This document shows, one piece after another, positions 1 through 9,950 of a DNA stretch of 64,000 bases (position 1 is its first letter; the number at the start of each line of letters is the position of its first letter). The notes beneath the pieces are model-generated. The model was not told the origin of the DNA, ran no database searches, and saw nothing but the letters and a program-made list of their open reading frames with translations. Made by a program: the position numbers and the translations under genes. The stretch is from Candidatus Heimdallarchaeota archaeon (lineage in GTDB: Archaea > Asgardarchaeota > Heimdallarchaeia > JABLTI01). The stretch covers positions 4,993-68,992 of the forward strand of contig DXJV01000100.1 of assembly GCA_019056785.1 (NCBI GenBank), written 5' to 3'.

Positions 1-1290
1 GCGGGAAAAACAACCCTCTATCAGAAATTCTTTTTGAAAAAACCACTCAACCAGCTGAAAAAAATCCCGGCAACAAGAGGAATAGCAAAATACGATCATG
101 ATTTTTTGCGAACAGACTTTCAAATAATCGATGCTGGTGGAGGAAAACAATTCAGGCAAAGTTATATAGGCAATAAAGAGCTTGTCGATGGCTTAAACGC
201 TATTGTCTTTGTGATTGACTCACTCGATGTTCGAAAATTCCAAGAAGTCGCGAACTTTTTCATCATTTGGATTAAAAGTGTTGCAAATTATTTGAAAAAG
301 ACGAAAGCCTATATGTTATTTCATAAAGTAGATCCCGGGACAGAAGCCAAGGTTAAACTGAACTTGCAACAGTTAGCGCCACTAATTAAACCAATCAATA
401 ACTTATATCCAGGAGAGCTTTATACATCAATTACGAGTATTTATAATGATTCTTCGAACCAAATGTTTCAAAGAATTTTATTGGAGCTCTTACCTAGAAA
501 AATGACAACAGCTAAAGCACAAGAAAGACCAGTAGCCACTCCTCAACCAACCATCGCAACGAAGACAACTTCAACGGAAGAAGCCTTTCTCACAAAACCC
601 GTTCATGTTCCTCCACAAAAGACACCTACAGGTATGAAACTCAGTCAACCACCAACAATGCCTTCTAAAACGTCGGCTACGCCAACATCAAAACCAATCA
701 CCACACCACGAAAAACCATCACACCACCTAAAATAACCGGGACAGCAGAAAAGGTAGTGCCACCAAAAATTGGCAAACCATTGACCACAAAGGCAAGAGA
801 AAGCAAGAAAATACAAGAGAAAACCGCAGAACGCCTTTCAGACATTATAGAAGCAACTTTAGATAATAACCCAAATTTCATTGCAATAGCAGTTTATACC
901 GAACAAGCCGAACGCGTTTGTGGTGCAGTTCAACAAGGAAAAGATTCCATTATTTTACAAACAATTGAACAAACCTTGGCGAAAATAAACCTCGGGCAAT
1001 ACATGGACAAACTGGGAAAAATTCGCATTGGTGGAGAAGGGCATATAAAAATAGATGAATACGATATTTTCTTCGAAAAAGTTTCTCCAGAGCATATCAG
1101 TATGGTCATTTGTTTAGGAATAACAGAAGACACAATAAAAAACATCTCGCAAATAAACCGCTATTTAAATCAAGCATTAAGTGTTAAACCCGAAGGTGTA
1201 TCAGAAGAAGCATTTAAACGTGCAGATTTGATGACCGAACTAAAAATGCGGTTGCATCATCGTGGCAAGAGCATCGATGAAATGCTCTGA
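1..1290 (+). CDS. Rag/Gtr-like small GTPase with C-terminal Roadblock/LC7-like domain (5' end runs off the window)
   Basis: Frame 1 is open from nt 1 (AGKTTLYQKF = end of a GxxxxGKT P-loop). DAGGG is G3 (DxxG). HKVD is G4 in the HKxD form typical of Rag/Gtr. A Pro/Thr/Lys-rich linker of about 150 aa follows. The C-terminal ~110 aa (FIAIAVYTEQ...ISMVICLGITED) has a roadblock-like pattern. Confidence 0.6.
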   Translation, partial: AGKTTLYQKFFLKKPLNQLKKIPATRGIAKYDHDFLRTDFQIIDAGGGKQFRQSYIGNKELVDGLNAIVFVIDSLDVRKFQEVANFFIIWIKSVANYLKKTKAYMLFHKVDPGTEAKVKLNLQQLAPLIKPINNLYPGELYTSITSIYNDSSNQMFQRILLELLPRKMTTAKAQERPVATPQPTIATKTTSTEEAFLTKPVHVPPQKTPTGMKLSQPPTMPSKTSATPTSKPITTPRKTITPPKITGTAEKVVPPKIGKPLTTKARESKKIQEKTAERLSDIIEATLDNNPNFIAIAVYTEQAERVCGAVQQGKDSIILQTIEQTLAKINLGQYMDKLGKIRIGGEGHIKIDEYDIFFEKVSPEHISMVICLGITEDTIKNISQINRYLNQALSVKPEGVSEEAFKRADLMTELKMRLHHRGKSIDEML

Positions 1291-1419
1291 AAAAAGAACG
1301 ACGATAAATAAAAACACTTTTTCAATAATTTACTTTTTTAATACTGTAAAAAACCAAAGTGGTTAAAGCAAAAGAAAAAGGAAGAATCTATCCTAAAAAA
1401 AAATGGGGATAGAAATTTC

Positions 1420-2019
1420 ATGAATACTATCATATTGACATACCGTAATAGTACAAAAAGAATTGTTGACTGGCAAACAAATCAAAATACTACAACCAAA
1501 TTTTTACTGTCAATCATTTTTAGCTGCCTAACTGGTATTTTTGCCCAGCTAAGAATCCAATTGCCATTCACCCCAGTCCCAATAACTTTACAGACTGTAG
1601 CTGTTCTAGGGAGCGGCATTTTTCTGGGGCCGATCTTTGGTTGCTTAGCCCAGTTTTTTTATGTTCTCTTAGGCGCATCATGTATAGATTGGTTTACAGG
1701 AAGAACTGGCGGCTTGCAAAGCCTTCTCGGGCCAACCGGAGGGTATTTAATCGGATTTATTATTGCTTCTTTTGCCGCGGGATTTTTAAGAGAAAAACTC
1801 ATTACTGACAAATTTTCTATGAAGAATTTTTTTGTGATACTCATAGCAATTAATTTTTTGCTTATTTATATCCCTGGCATTTTGCAGCTGTTTTTCTGGT
1901 ACAAAATTGCAGAAGGAGAGATTTTAACAATGAATGCCCTGCTTATAAAAGGAGTGATACCATATATATTCGGGGATCTTTTAAAAATAACTGCACTAAC
2001 AATATATGCCAAATTTTGA
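1420..2019 (+). CDS. bioY: BioY family biotin transporter S-component
   Basis: LPFTPVPITLQT...GPTGGYLIGF motifs; polytopic membrane protein of ~200 aa. Confidence 0.8.
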   Translation: MNTIILTYRNSTKRIVDWQTNQNTTTKFLLSIIFSCLTGIFAQLRIQLPFTPVPITLQTVAVLGSGIFLGPIFGCLAQFFYVLLGASCIDWFTGRTGGLQSLLGPTGGYLIGFIIASFAAGFLREKLITDKFSMKNFFVILIAINFLLIYIPGILQLFFWYKIAEGEILTMNALLIKGVIPYIFGDLLKITALTIYAKF

Positions 2020-2023
2020 GAAG

Positions 2024-2163
2024 TGGTGGACCGAGCGAGATTTGAATTCGCGGAAGGAGGGACTCATCCCATACTTCGCTCGCGGCCTTCGGAAGGTCTG
2101 TCGGAAGGTCCGCAACCTTTTCGATTGCAAATCCGACGTTCTACCAGTCTGAACTATCGGCCC
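2024..2163 (-). tRNA. tRNA-Ala(UGC) with two introns, CCA encoded
   Basis: Reverse complement folds as GGGCCGA/TCGGTCC acceptor with the G3:U70 Ala identity pair, D arm GTTC..GAAC, anticodon stem TCGGA/TCCGA with loop TTTGCAA, T arm GCGAG-TTCAAAT-CTCGC, then ACCA. The gene is 140 nt against ~77 nt mature. Inferred introns lie at ~2094..2124 (anticodon loop) and ~2047..2078 (between T-stem and T-loop, 53/54). Junctions are uncertain by 1-2 nt. Confidence 0.8.
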
Positions 2164-2228
2164 ACACTAGGGTTTCATTTGCACATTTCTTCTTTTTTAA
2201 TTTTTTTATTGGGTTTTATTTGTTTGCC

Positions 2229-3071
2229 TTATTGGGTAAACGTCAGCATAATAAGAACATTCAACAAGATATGCCCTACGGTTACACCGAGTATATTTTC
2301 CGTGTCATAAACAGTTACCCCTGTCAATAAGCCCGAAATGGTGATAAAAGCAATAGCATTTGCCGGACCAATGATATCCGGCAACCAAGTAAATTCAAGC
2401 CAATGACCACCCATCCAAACAGCAAATTGAAGGAGAAAAGCACCTCCATTGCCAATGTGGAGGCAATATTTCCCTTTTCCAAAAATCAAAGAGCCTTTCG
2501 CACGCATAAACTGTAATTGTACAAAAGCTTTCGAATAATACTCAAACATAATGATATTAAGTGAAATGAATAGCAACTCACGAAACCAGGCAGCTGGCGA
2601 AGAAAGATGAAAATACCAAAAATTCAAGCTAATAACACCACTAACATTCTTATTTGCAAGGGTTATCCATGGATAGAAGATTCCAGCATGCATCCCAAGC
2701 CCTTGTAATAAGCTCTTAAGTATGTTCTTTTTTGAGAGGCCTGAGGGGGTACCAATAAAAAACGTCTGAATTTTTCTCATTCGAACTAATTGATTAATTA
2801 CAAGATACAAAACCGGTAAAACTGTGAAACAGAAAAACGTGAGTGTTGCATGGAAGTAATAGTCACTCCCCATAATTTCAAATTGAGTAAAATAACTCAA
2901 TGGAAAGAAAATAAGTAATGCTAACACCCCCACAATTAAATTCGCTCTAATCGCCTCTTTTATTGTAAAATAGGTCTGAGAAGTCGAAGGAGCAGCAAGT
3001 TTTTTTGAAGAACTTTTTTGATGGGCTTTCGAGGAGGGGGGAGTTTTTTGACGCAAGAACTCACAACACAA
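2229..3071 (-). CDS. polytopic membrane protein, possibly CPBP-type intramembrane protease family
   Basis: Multiple hydrophobic segments. Weak FRELLF and GHILLNV (HxxxN) motifs resemble CPBP family motifs. The family call is tentative. Confidence 0.45.
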   Translation of the reverse strand: MCCEFLRQKTPPSSKAHQKSSSKKLAAPSTSQTYFTIKEAIRANLIVGVLALLIFFPLSYFTQFEIMGSDYYFHATLTFFCFTVLPVLYLVINQLVRMRKIQTFFIGTPSGLSKKNILKSLLQGLGMHAGIFYPWITLANKNVSGVISLNFWYFHLSSPAAWFRELLFISLNIIMFEYYSKAFVQLQFMRAKGSLIFGKGKYCLHIGNGGAFLLQFAVWMGGHWLEFTWLPDIIGPANAIAFITISGLLTGVTVYDTENILGVTVGHILLNVLIMLTFTQ

Positions 3072-3160
3072 ATTAGTGGGTATTTCAACAGCAATATTTC
3101 TGCTATGATTATTACACGAAGAATTATTAAATCTCTTTGTTTTATCTTTGTTGAACTGGT

Positions 3161-4570
3161 ATGAATGCTAATCTCGATCAAATAGATTTGCCGGAAATCT
3201 TCCGAAAGGGAGTTATTTGTGATTTACACGCGCACTCTTCTTATGCCGGGGGCACGGGGAGTTTGGATCTTACCACAGCTGTTAAAAACATGCCAAAAAA
3301 GGGAGTCCAGATCATCGGAACAGGTGATTGTTTATATCAACCATGGTTAAAAATCCTTAAGGAAAAGTTGCACGATCCAGATGAAAATGGTACCTTTGAA
3401 TTAAAAGAAGCAGAGCAGGAGAAAGATCTCGAAACAAAATTTATCCTCCAAACAGAAATTGCTATAACTGCTCCTGTGGGGGTGGCACGGAAAAATGTCC
3501 ATTGCGTCTTCCTTTGGCCAAATTTCAATGCAGTAGATGAAGCAATAAAATTACTCGAGAAATTCGGCGTGAAAAATTCGATGGGGAGACCATTTCTTAC
3601 AAACAAAAATCGCGAAGAAACATCAGATAGAATAACAAAATTACTCGAGATTGACCCATTGGTGGAATTCTTTCCGGCACATATCTTAGTTCCTCTGGGA
3701 ATTTATGGACCAAAACCAGCTATAACTTTTATGGACGACTTTTTCGGAGAAGTAGCATCACGCATCCATGCATTTGAAACAGGATTAAGTGCAGACCCCT
3801 CAATTTGTACCCTTATTCCTGAATTGGACAAACTAACACTGATTTCAAATAGTGATGCTCATTCAGCAGCACTAAACAGACTCGGGAGAGAATTAACAAG
3901 CTTCGATTTGAAGAAAGTCAGTTATGAAGAATTAATTGACGCAATTAGAAACAATCGTGTTTGTTATACGGCAGAATTTCACCCTTCAGAAGGGCGCTAT
4001 TTCTTAACAGGCCACAGGGGAGGGATTCGAGGGCATAAAGAAGATGAATTTTGTGTCTTCTCACCGGACAGGGCGCCAAAAAATATGGTCTGCCCAATTT
4101 GTGGGCTAACAATGAGTCCGGGTGTGCTACAACGAGCCATTGAACTTTCCAAAGCACAAGGAAGTGAACGGGAATTCGGGACCTTCTACGGGCAAAAAAG
4201 AAACTTCTACCGGATGGTGCCACTTGTAGAGATACTTGCCCATGCTCTCGGAATAAAAAATTCAAACACAAAGAAAGTCACCTTGTTCTATGAGATCATA
4301 ATTGGAGCAATTGGTAACGAGTGCAAACTCTGGACAACAAAACTAGAGGTGCTAACAGAGATATTGCAACAATTGGTTGATGAACCCATTGCTAGGGCGA
4401 TTATAGAAGTTCGGAAGGGGAACTTTTGCTTTTCACCACCAGGATTTGATGGCACATATGGTGAGCTAATAATAGGTGAAACATCAAACTACCAAAACAT
4501 CGAAATTATCAAAGGAGCAAAAAGAGCCAGTCAACAATTAACACTAGACCGTTTTTCTACAAAAGATTAG
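3161..4570 (+). CDS. endonuclease Q (PHP-domain, zinc-finger DNA repair endonuclease)
   Basis: DLHAHSSYA and TGDCLYQPW N-terminus; GLSADPS; SNSDAHS...LGRE; CPICG zinc motif; C-terminal PPGFDGTYGEL. These match the remembered Pyrococcus EndoQ layout. Confidence 0.75.
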   Translation: MNANLDQIDLPEIFRKGVICDLHAHSSYAGGTGSLDLTTAVKNMPKKGVQIIGTGDCLYQPWLKILKEKLHDPDENGTFELKEAEQEKDLETKFILQTEIAITAPVGVARKNVHCVFLWPNFNAVDEAIKLLEKFGVKNSMGRPFLTNKNREETSDRITKLLEIDPLVEFFPAHILVPLGIYGPKPAITFMDDFFGEVASRIHAFETGLSADPSICTLIPELDKLTLISNSDAHSAALNRLGRELTSFDLKKVSYEELIDAIRNNRVCYTAEFHPSEGRYFLTGHRGGIRGHKEDEFCVFSPDRAPKNMVCPICGLTMSPGVLQRAIELSKAQGSEREFGTFYGQKRNFYRMVPLVEILAHALGIKNSNTKKVTLFYEIIIGAIGNECKLWTTKLEVLTEILQQLVDEPIARAIIEVRKGNFCFSPPGFDGTYGELIIGETSNYQNIEIIKGAKRASQQLTLDRFSTKD

Positions 4571-5942
4571 AACTGATTTTGCGTAGGATTAGTGGAAGAC
4601 GAAGCATATATTGCTCAAGTTCAGCACTCGTTTTTTCAACGATGGCAACTAAAACGGACTGAGATGTAAGAGGGGATAAAAGCAACAACTTACCTTTTTG
4701 AGGGATCTTTTTCAGTGTATGTTGTGTTGCAGGGATTAAATCTAAGAGCTTGGATAATTCGAGATTTTTCGCCAAATCAATCCAATCATTACTGTCAGCA
4801 ATCCGCTTCATGGTGAAAAAGCGACGGGAAGGGGTAACAATGCCAGTTAGAATGACATCCGGGTAAATGGCCATGAAAGTATGCATTTGTGCTTCTTCTC
4901 GCGCCCATTTATTCACCGAGTCACCAAAAGAAAGACGTGAGGTTTGTCGCTGCAAACTTTGTTGGCTAGAGGAATGCTTCTGTCGCTCCTTCATCTCAAG
5001 TTTTAGCCGTCCGAGAAGTTCATATTCAGGAACAGTATCTAAACCTTGTAAAAGCTTAAAAGGAAGGTTCTTGTTGCGAACGCCCTCGTACCTACTGATT
5101 ATCTTTTGCTGGATGTTTTTAAGATCCTCATCAAGAGCCAGACCTTTGATGACCTCAAAAACATAAAAATAACCGTCGCTGTTATACACTATAAAACGGT
5201 AGTTTTGGGTAGTTACTTCTTCCAGGTCGCCGGGGTCAAGATTTTTAATTGATTTACGAAGACCAACCAGAAAATTGGTTAAAATCTGAAGATTAAATAA
5301 TGGTTTTCCCCGTGAGAATTCAGAATATTCAAGTTTGCCTGATTCGTCAATGATAAGAACACCATCTATGCCAGCAAGTTTTTTCGTCAGCTGTCGGACT
5401 TCCTCACTCGCATTAGATTCATCCATGATCTTCTTATAAGCATTTGAAAGCTGCATATCCATCGCACGAAACTTTATAATGCGTTGTCCAAGCTTTTCAA
5501 AATCAGGTGTTTCTGTTAAATTAGAAATAAGAAGGGTATTATCCATATTTATTTTCTGAGCGCCTATAAAGCGAGCTATTAATTTATTAATCACAACCTG
5601 ATAAGAATCGATATTCGGGGTAATTTTTTCGACCCAGAAGATATAGAAGAAATTATCGCGAAATTCAAACAAAAAGATTGAGTTTGTAGTTTCTATGGTT
5701 TTAATGTTTTCTTCACTAATAACTTCAGCAAGAGATTGTAAACTGGAAAGCAACCCGGCTAAAAGGATGACGTCAAACTGCTCCTCTGTAAGAAATTCAA
5801 TATATTTTGGCAGGCCACTCTCTTCAAGGACAATAAAACCTCGGAGAGCGTTGTAGAATTGCTCAATTAGATGGCTTGTTTCAAATTCCTCTATCGTGAT
5901 TTTAAAACCCACCGGATTTTTCTCTAAAAAAATGATTGGCAA
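4557..5942 (-). CDS. hypothetical protein with three tandem roadblock/longin-like modules
   Basis: Repeated pattern: GFIVLEESGLPKYIEF...FLFEFRDNFFYIFWVEK, then IDGVLIIDESGKLEYSEF...YRFIVYNSDGYFYVFEV, then VILTGIVTPS...LLLLSPLTSQSVLVAIVEK. Confidence 0.5.
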   Translation of the reverse strand: MPIIFLEKNPVGFKITIEEFETSHLIEQFYNALRGFIVLEESGLPKYIEFLTEEQFDVILLAGLLSSLQSLAEVISEENIKTIETTNSIFLFEFRDNFFYIFWVEKITPNIDSYQVVINKLIARFIGAQKINMDNTLLISNLTETPDFEKLGQRIIKFRAMDMQLSNAYKKIMDESNASEEVRQLTKKLAGIDGVLIIDESGKLEYSEFSRGKPLFNLQILTNFLVGLRKSIKNLDPGDLEEVTTQNYRFIVYNSDGYFYVFEVIKGLALDEDLKNIQQKIISRYEGVRNKNLPFKLLQGLDTVPEYELLGRLKLEMKERQKHSSSQQSLQRQTSRLSFGDSVNKWAREEAQMHTFMAIYPDVILTGIVTPSRRFFTMKRIADSNDWIDLAKNLELSKLLDLIPATQHTLKKIPQKGKLLLLSPLTSQSVLVAIVEKTSAELEQYMLRLPLILRKISSNLL

Positions 5943-6069
5943 AACGGCTTTTAATCACTCTCATTACGGCAAAAGACCGATAAGAAGATTGAAGGATTAA
6001 GAATTAAAGCGTAAATTTATTAACAATTTCTGTCAGTCCTTCTGCTAAACTAATTTCAAGGTAGCAACC

Positions 6070-7194
6070 ATGACTCCCCAAGCAGAAGAAATTAGCGAAT
6101 TATTGAAAAAGTGCGTTCAATGTGGCTCATGCATTTTAATTTGCCCAATCTATCGAGCAACAAAGGAAGAACAATTTTCGCCACGAGGAAAACTCTATTA
6201 CTTAAAATTAAAAGATGCTTTTCCTGAGAAATTCGACGCTGAGCTTGATAAAGAATATGCAAAAACGATTTTTACTTGTACGATGTGCGGCAGATGTGTA
6301 GAAATATGCAGCTCTGAAACACAATTGACAGAGATCTTCAAAGAAGAACGAAAAGAATCCGTTGAGCAATTCCCAAAACTCCTCACAATAGCTGAAAATG
6401 TCGAAGAAGAAAAGAATGTATATGGTTTAGATAACGAAATGCGTACCGAATCATGGACAATGGAATTGTATGACGATTTTCCAGATATCGATGACCGTAT
6501 TTATGAGGAAGGAAAAACGGCTGAGACGATCTTTTTCGTTGGCTGCCTAATGTCTTACCGGAGTAGGCACACAAATGTTTTACGCGCCATTTTAAAAGTG
6601 TTAGAATATCTAGGCGAAGATTACATCCTCTTGGGAGGGGAAGAATTCTGTTGTGGTCATCCACTCGATCTTATTGGAAAAACAAACGAAGCAAATAAAT
6701 TGCGAGAACATAACACAAGCATTTTCACGAAAATCGGCGCTAAAACGATCATTACTGATTGCCCGGGTTGTTTAGAAGCTCTTCTTGAGCACCATCACAT
6801 TGACCCTTCTGTTCGAGTGCTTCATGTGACAGAATTTTTCGATGAGAAAATCGACTCTGTTCCAAACAAGTTGGATATAACGCTCAAGTATCATGACCCT
6901 TGCGAACTCTTCCGGAATGATGGGGTGACTGAAGCACCGCGCTCGCTGATGAGAAAAATAGGCATCAATATTGTCGAAATGGAACCTTCTTGCTGTGGTG
7001 GGGGTGGGATGTTACGTGTAACAGATGAGAAGCTGGCAAACAAGATAATGGAGGATCGCATTATAAAGGAGAAACTCAAAGAAGAAGATACTTGTGTAGT
7101 TACTTGTTGCCCTTCGTGCTTGGAACAATTTGAACAAAATGAAATAACAACGAGCGACATAGCAGAATATCTCGTAAAAGCGCTCAATCTCTAG
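6070..7194 (+). CDS. (Fe-S)-binding protein, GlcF/HdrD-like (2x 4Fe-4S plus CCG domains)
   Basis: CVQCGSCILICP and CTMCGRCVEICS ferredoxin motifs; two Cys-rich CCG-type segments (FCCGHP, SCCGGGG, CCPSC). Confidence 0.8.
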   Translation: MTPQAEEISELLKKCVQCGSCILICPIYRATKEEQFSPRGKLYYLKLKDAFPEKFDAELDKEYAKTIFTCTMCGRCVEICSSETQLTEIFKEERKESVEQFPKLLTIAENVEEEKNVYGLDNEMRTESWTMELYDDFPDIDDRIYEEGKTAETIFFVGCLMSYRSRHTNVLRAILKVLEYLGEDYILLGGEEFCCGHPLDLIGKTNEANKLREHNTSIFTKIGAKTIITDCPGCLEALLEHHHIDPSVRVLHVTEFFDEKIDSVPNKLDITLKYHDPCELFRNDGVTEAPRSLMRKIGINIVEMEPSCCGGGGMLRVTDEKLANKIMEDRIIKEKLKEEDTCVVTCCPSCLEQFEQNEITTSDIAEYLVKALNL

Positions 7195-7206
7195 GAGGAA
7201 TAAAAG

Positions 7207-8598
7207 ATGGAAAAACTACAGAAATATATAATCGGTGCAAATGCCTCAATCTTTCAGAAAATCGACCCCGACTCAAATGTCAAGGTTTTTGTGCCAGAAA
7301 ACGAGGAGGAGATCAAAGCAGCTATAGCTTTTGCTCGAGAAAACAACCTGCCAATCACCAGTAAAGGCGGGGGCTCAGGTATGAGTGGTGCGTGCACAGG
7401 CGCATCAAGAAAGAAAGTGATCATTAGTTCCATGCGTATGAAAAAAGTTCTTGAGATTAATTTTGATGAAGGATATGCAGTTGTTGAGGCAGGTATCACA
7501 CCCGATGAATTAAATGCTGAAATCCAACAGAGAAAACCCAATTGGAAATTCTTTGTTGCACCCTCTAGTCGAGATATTGCCACAGTTGGAGGAATATTAA
7601 GCACAGATGGCGGAGGAAATGATGCTTGGTTAGCAGGAACAATGGCAGACAACGTTTTGGAGGTGGAACTTTTTGATTATCATGGCAATAAGATAATTGT
7701 TACAAAAATTGATAATGACAACAAAAAAGCAAAAATCACCTGCTCCAGCAAAGAATTACAAGAAAAATTACAGAAAAACAATTTCTCAATAATTGACATT
7801 GCCGGAGCACATGGAACATTGGGTTACATTTCAAAACTCAAACTGCTAATCAAGCCACTTTCAGAATATAATAATCAACGATTTGCTCTCGCGTATGCTG
7901 GAAACTTGAATGCCCTAGGAAAAATCATTTATGAATTAATAGAAGCAAACATTCCATTAACCTACGGCGAAGCAATTGTAGAGGCCCATCACCCGGAAAT
8001 TTCCAGAAAAACAAACCCGCCCATGCTCATCTTGGAATTTCCGCTAGACTTTCAAGAAAAAGTTCAAACAATTTGTAAATCGATCCCTGATGTGAATTTC
8101 AACTCAGTAAATAAAGAAGAATTTGAACAAAAGAAAGAAATCCGAATAAAAATGGCAAAAAGAAATCCTCCAGAAGGATATCAATTAGCGCTGTTCGAGG
8201 GGTACGGAATAGCAGGTGATAACCTCCTACGTTTTGAAGAAATCATTACAAAAATCAATCAAACGCTGGAGAGCTGTGGGTTTGAACCATTTATTAAATT
8301 TGGACATGCTCCATCGGTCTATCATCATGGCGACAAAAAAGTAAAAGGAATAATCATGCACTCGAGGGAAAAACGGCCAGAGAAACTCACGTCAAAAATG
8401 GTCTTTGAAGGCATCGTGGCCCTTGTTGAGCTTTGTGAAAAGGAGGGCATCATTCCCAAACCAGAACACAAATGGCCATTTTCAAAAACAACTCAAAAAC
8501 ATAAACGACTCACAGAACTCACCACGATTCTTGGAAAAAATTTCAACCCGTTTATTTTGGATTCTACCTTGAAAGAATTAGCAGAGTTAGTTTTGTAA
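7207..8598 (+). CDS. FAD-binding oxidoreductase, GlcD/D-lactate dehydrogenase-like
   Basis: PCMH-type FAD-binding N-terminus (ITSKGGGSGMSGA). Lies 12 nt downstream of the GlcF-like gene, so a likely operon. Confidence 0.75.
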   Translation: MEKLQKYIIGANASIFQKIDPDSNVKVFVPENEEEIKAAIAFARENNLPITSKGGGSGMSGACTGASRKKVIISSMRMKKVLEINFDEGYAVVEAGITPDELNAEIQQRKPNWKFFVAPSSRDIATVGGILSTDGGGNDAWLAGTMADNVLEVELFDYHGNKIIVTKIDNDNKKAKITCSSKELQEKLQKNNFSIIDIAGAHGTLGYISKLKLLIKPLSEYNNQRFALAYAGNLNALGKIIYELIEANIPLTYGEAIVEAHHPEISRKTNPPMLILEFPLDFQEKVQTICKSIPDVNFNSVNKEEFEQKKEIRIKMAKRNPPEGYQLALFEGYGIAGDNLLRFEEIITKINQTLESCGFEPFIKFGHAPSVYHHGDKKVKGIIMHSREKRPEKLTSKMVFEGIVALVELCEKEGIIPKPEHKWPFSKTTQKHKRLTELTTILGKNFNPFILDSTLKELAELVL

Positions 8599-8784
8599 AG
8601 AATTACAAATAACTCTTCCTTTTTTTCTTGAGCTAGGATTGCTTGGAGTATAAAGAAGGTCCGAAGCCAGAAAAAGAGCTCGGCAATAAGGTATTTGAAA
8701 GAAGAAACAAGACATAGTATAAATAAGCGCTCATAAGAAAAAATAATATTAGAGCAAACGAATTTTCAATGTAGGAGATTTACT

Positions 8785-9921
8785 GTGTGGTTTATATTTC
8801 GCCCGGATGCTGTCAATGTCTGGAAGAATAAAGAAGTACTCAAACGCTACCAACGATATCGTGGGATTCTAGATGGGGCGAAGAAAGCACGTTATTTATT
8901 AGTGAAACGAATGCCAATTGACTGTTCTTTGGAGAAGGACACACTCGAAGAATTGTGGGCGGAACATGAAAGACTTGCTGAAGAATTTCCAAAATTATTG
9001 AGGAAATTAAATGGAGACCAAATAACCTTAGATGAGTTGCCGGCCCACAAAAAGTCTTTTCTTGAGTTAAAAGAAGAGATAGCATGGCGCATTTTGCGCA
9101 ATTGTCATTTCTGTGAAAGACGATGCGGGATTGATAGAAGTAAGGGGGAAATTGGGGTTTGCCGAGTTGGCCAAGAGACAATTGTTTCATCAGCATTTCT
9201 CCATACAGGTGAAGAATCGGTTCTAGTCCCCAGCGGAACGATCTTTTTTGCAGGTTGTACCTTCAAGTGCGCCTTTTGCCAAAACTATGACATCTCACAG
9301 GAATGGAAGACAAAAAACCAACCATCAATGACTGCTGGTGTAGTGACTGACGCAAAACGATTGAGTTTACTCGAAGAACAACTATGGAAAGAGGGAGCAA
9401 AAAACATTAATTTCGTTGGGGGGGACCCCACACCAAATTTACATACAATTATTGCTTCGCTCAAATATTTACAAGCAAACATTACACTTCTTTGGAACTC
9501 GAACAATTATCAATCCCTTGAAGCAACAAAATTGCTTCTCGAACTCATGGATTTTTGGCTTCCAGATTTCAAATTTTGGGAGAATGATTTTGCCAAAAAA
9601 ATCTCCGGCGTAGATAATTACCGAGAAATCGTCTCTCGTAACATTAAGCTAGCGTATGAAGCTGGCTCCGGGGAAGTACTGGTTAGACATCTCTTGATGC
9701 CCGGGAGGGTAGAAGCAGACACTATTCCAATCTTAGAATGGTGCGCAAAAGAAATCCCAAACGCTATGGTGAATCTAATGGATCAATATCACCCAGACTA
9801 TTTGATTATTCGCCAGCCGGATAAATACCGTGCCTTAAATAGACGAATCCTCCCAGAAGAATGGAAAAGGGCAACGAAAAAAGCAGATGAACTTGGGATC
9901 TTTTGGCGCCCCGTTTCATAA
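8785..9921 (+). CDS. radical SAM protein, PflX-like (pyruvate formate-lyase activase homologue)
   Basis: CTFKCAFCQN is the CxxxCxxC motif. An upstream CHFCERRCGIDR...CR Cys cluster is present. The true start may be internal, as the track start is GTG. Confidence 0.7.
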   Translation: MWFIFRPDAVNVWKNKEVLKRYQRYRGILDGAKKARYLLVKRMPIDCSLEKDTLEELWAEHERLAEEFPKLLRKLNGDQITLDELPAHKKSFLELKEEIAWRILRNCHFCERRCGIDRSKGEIGVCRVGQETIVSSAFLHTGEESVLVPSGTIFFAGCTFKCAFCQNYDISQEWKTKNQPSMTAGVVTDAKRLSLLEEQLWKEGAKNINFVGGDPTPNLHTIIASLKYLQANITLLWNSNNYQSLEATKLLLELMDFWLPDFKFWENDFAKKISGVDNYREIVSRNIKLAYEAGSGEVLVRHLLMPGRVEADTIPILEWCAKEIPNAMVNLMDQYHPDYLIIRQPDKYRALNRRILPEEWKRATKKADELGIFWRPVS

Positions 9922-9950
9922 ATAGGAAAAGGAAAAAAGAGGAAGAGCGT

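Noticed and set aside
2023-2310. 95-aa plus-strand ORF.
   Set aside because: Its first 140 nt are the antisense of the intron-containing tRNA-Ala gene, and the rest overlaps the 3' end of the minus-strand membrane-protein gene.
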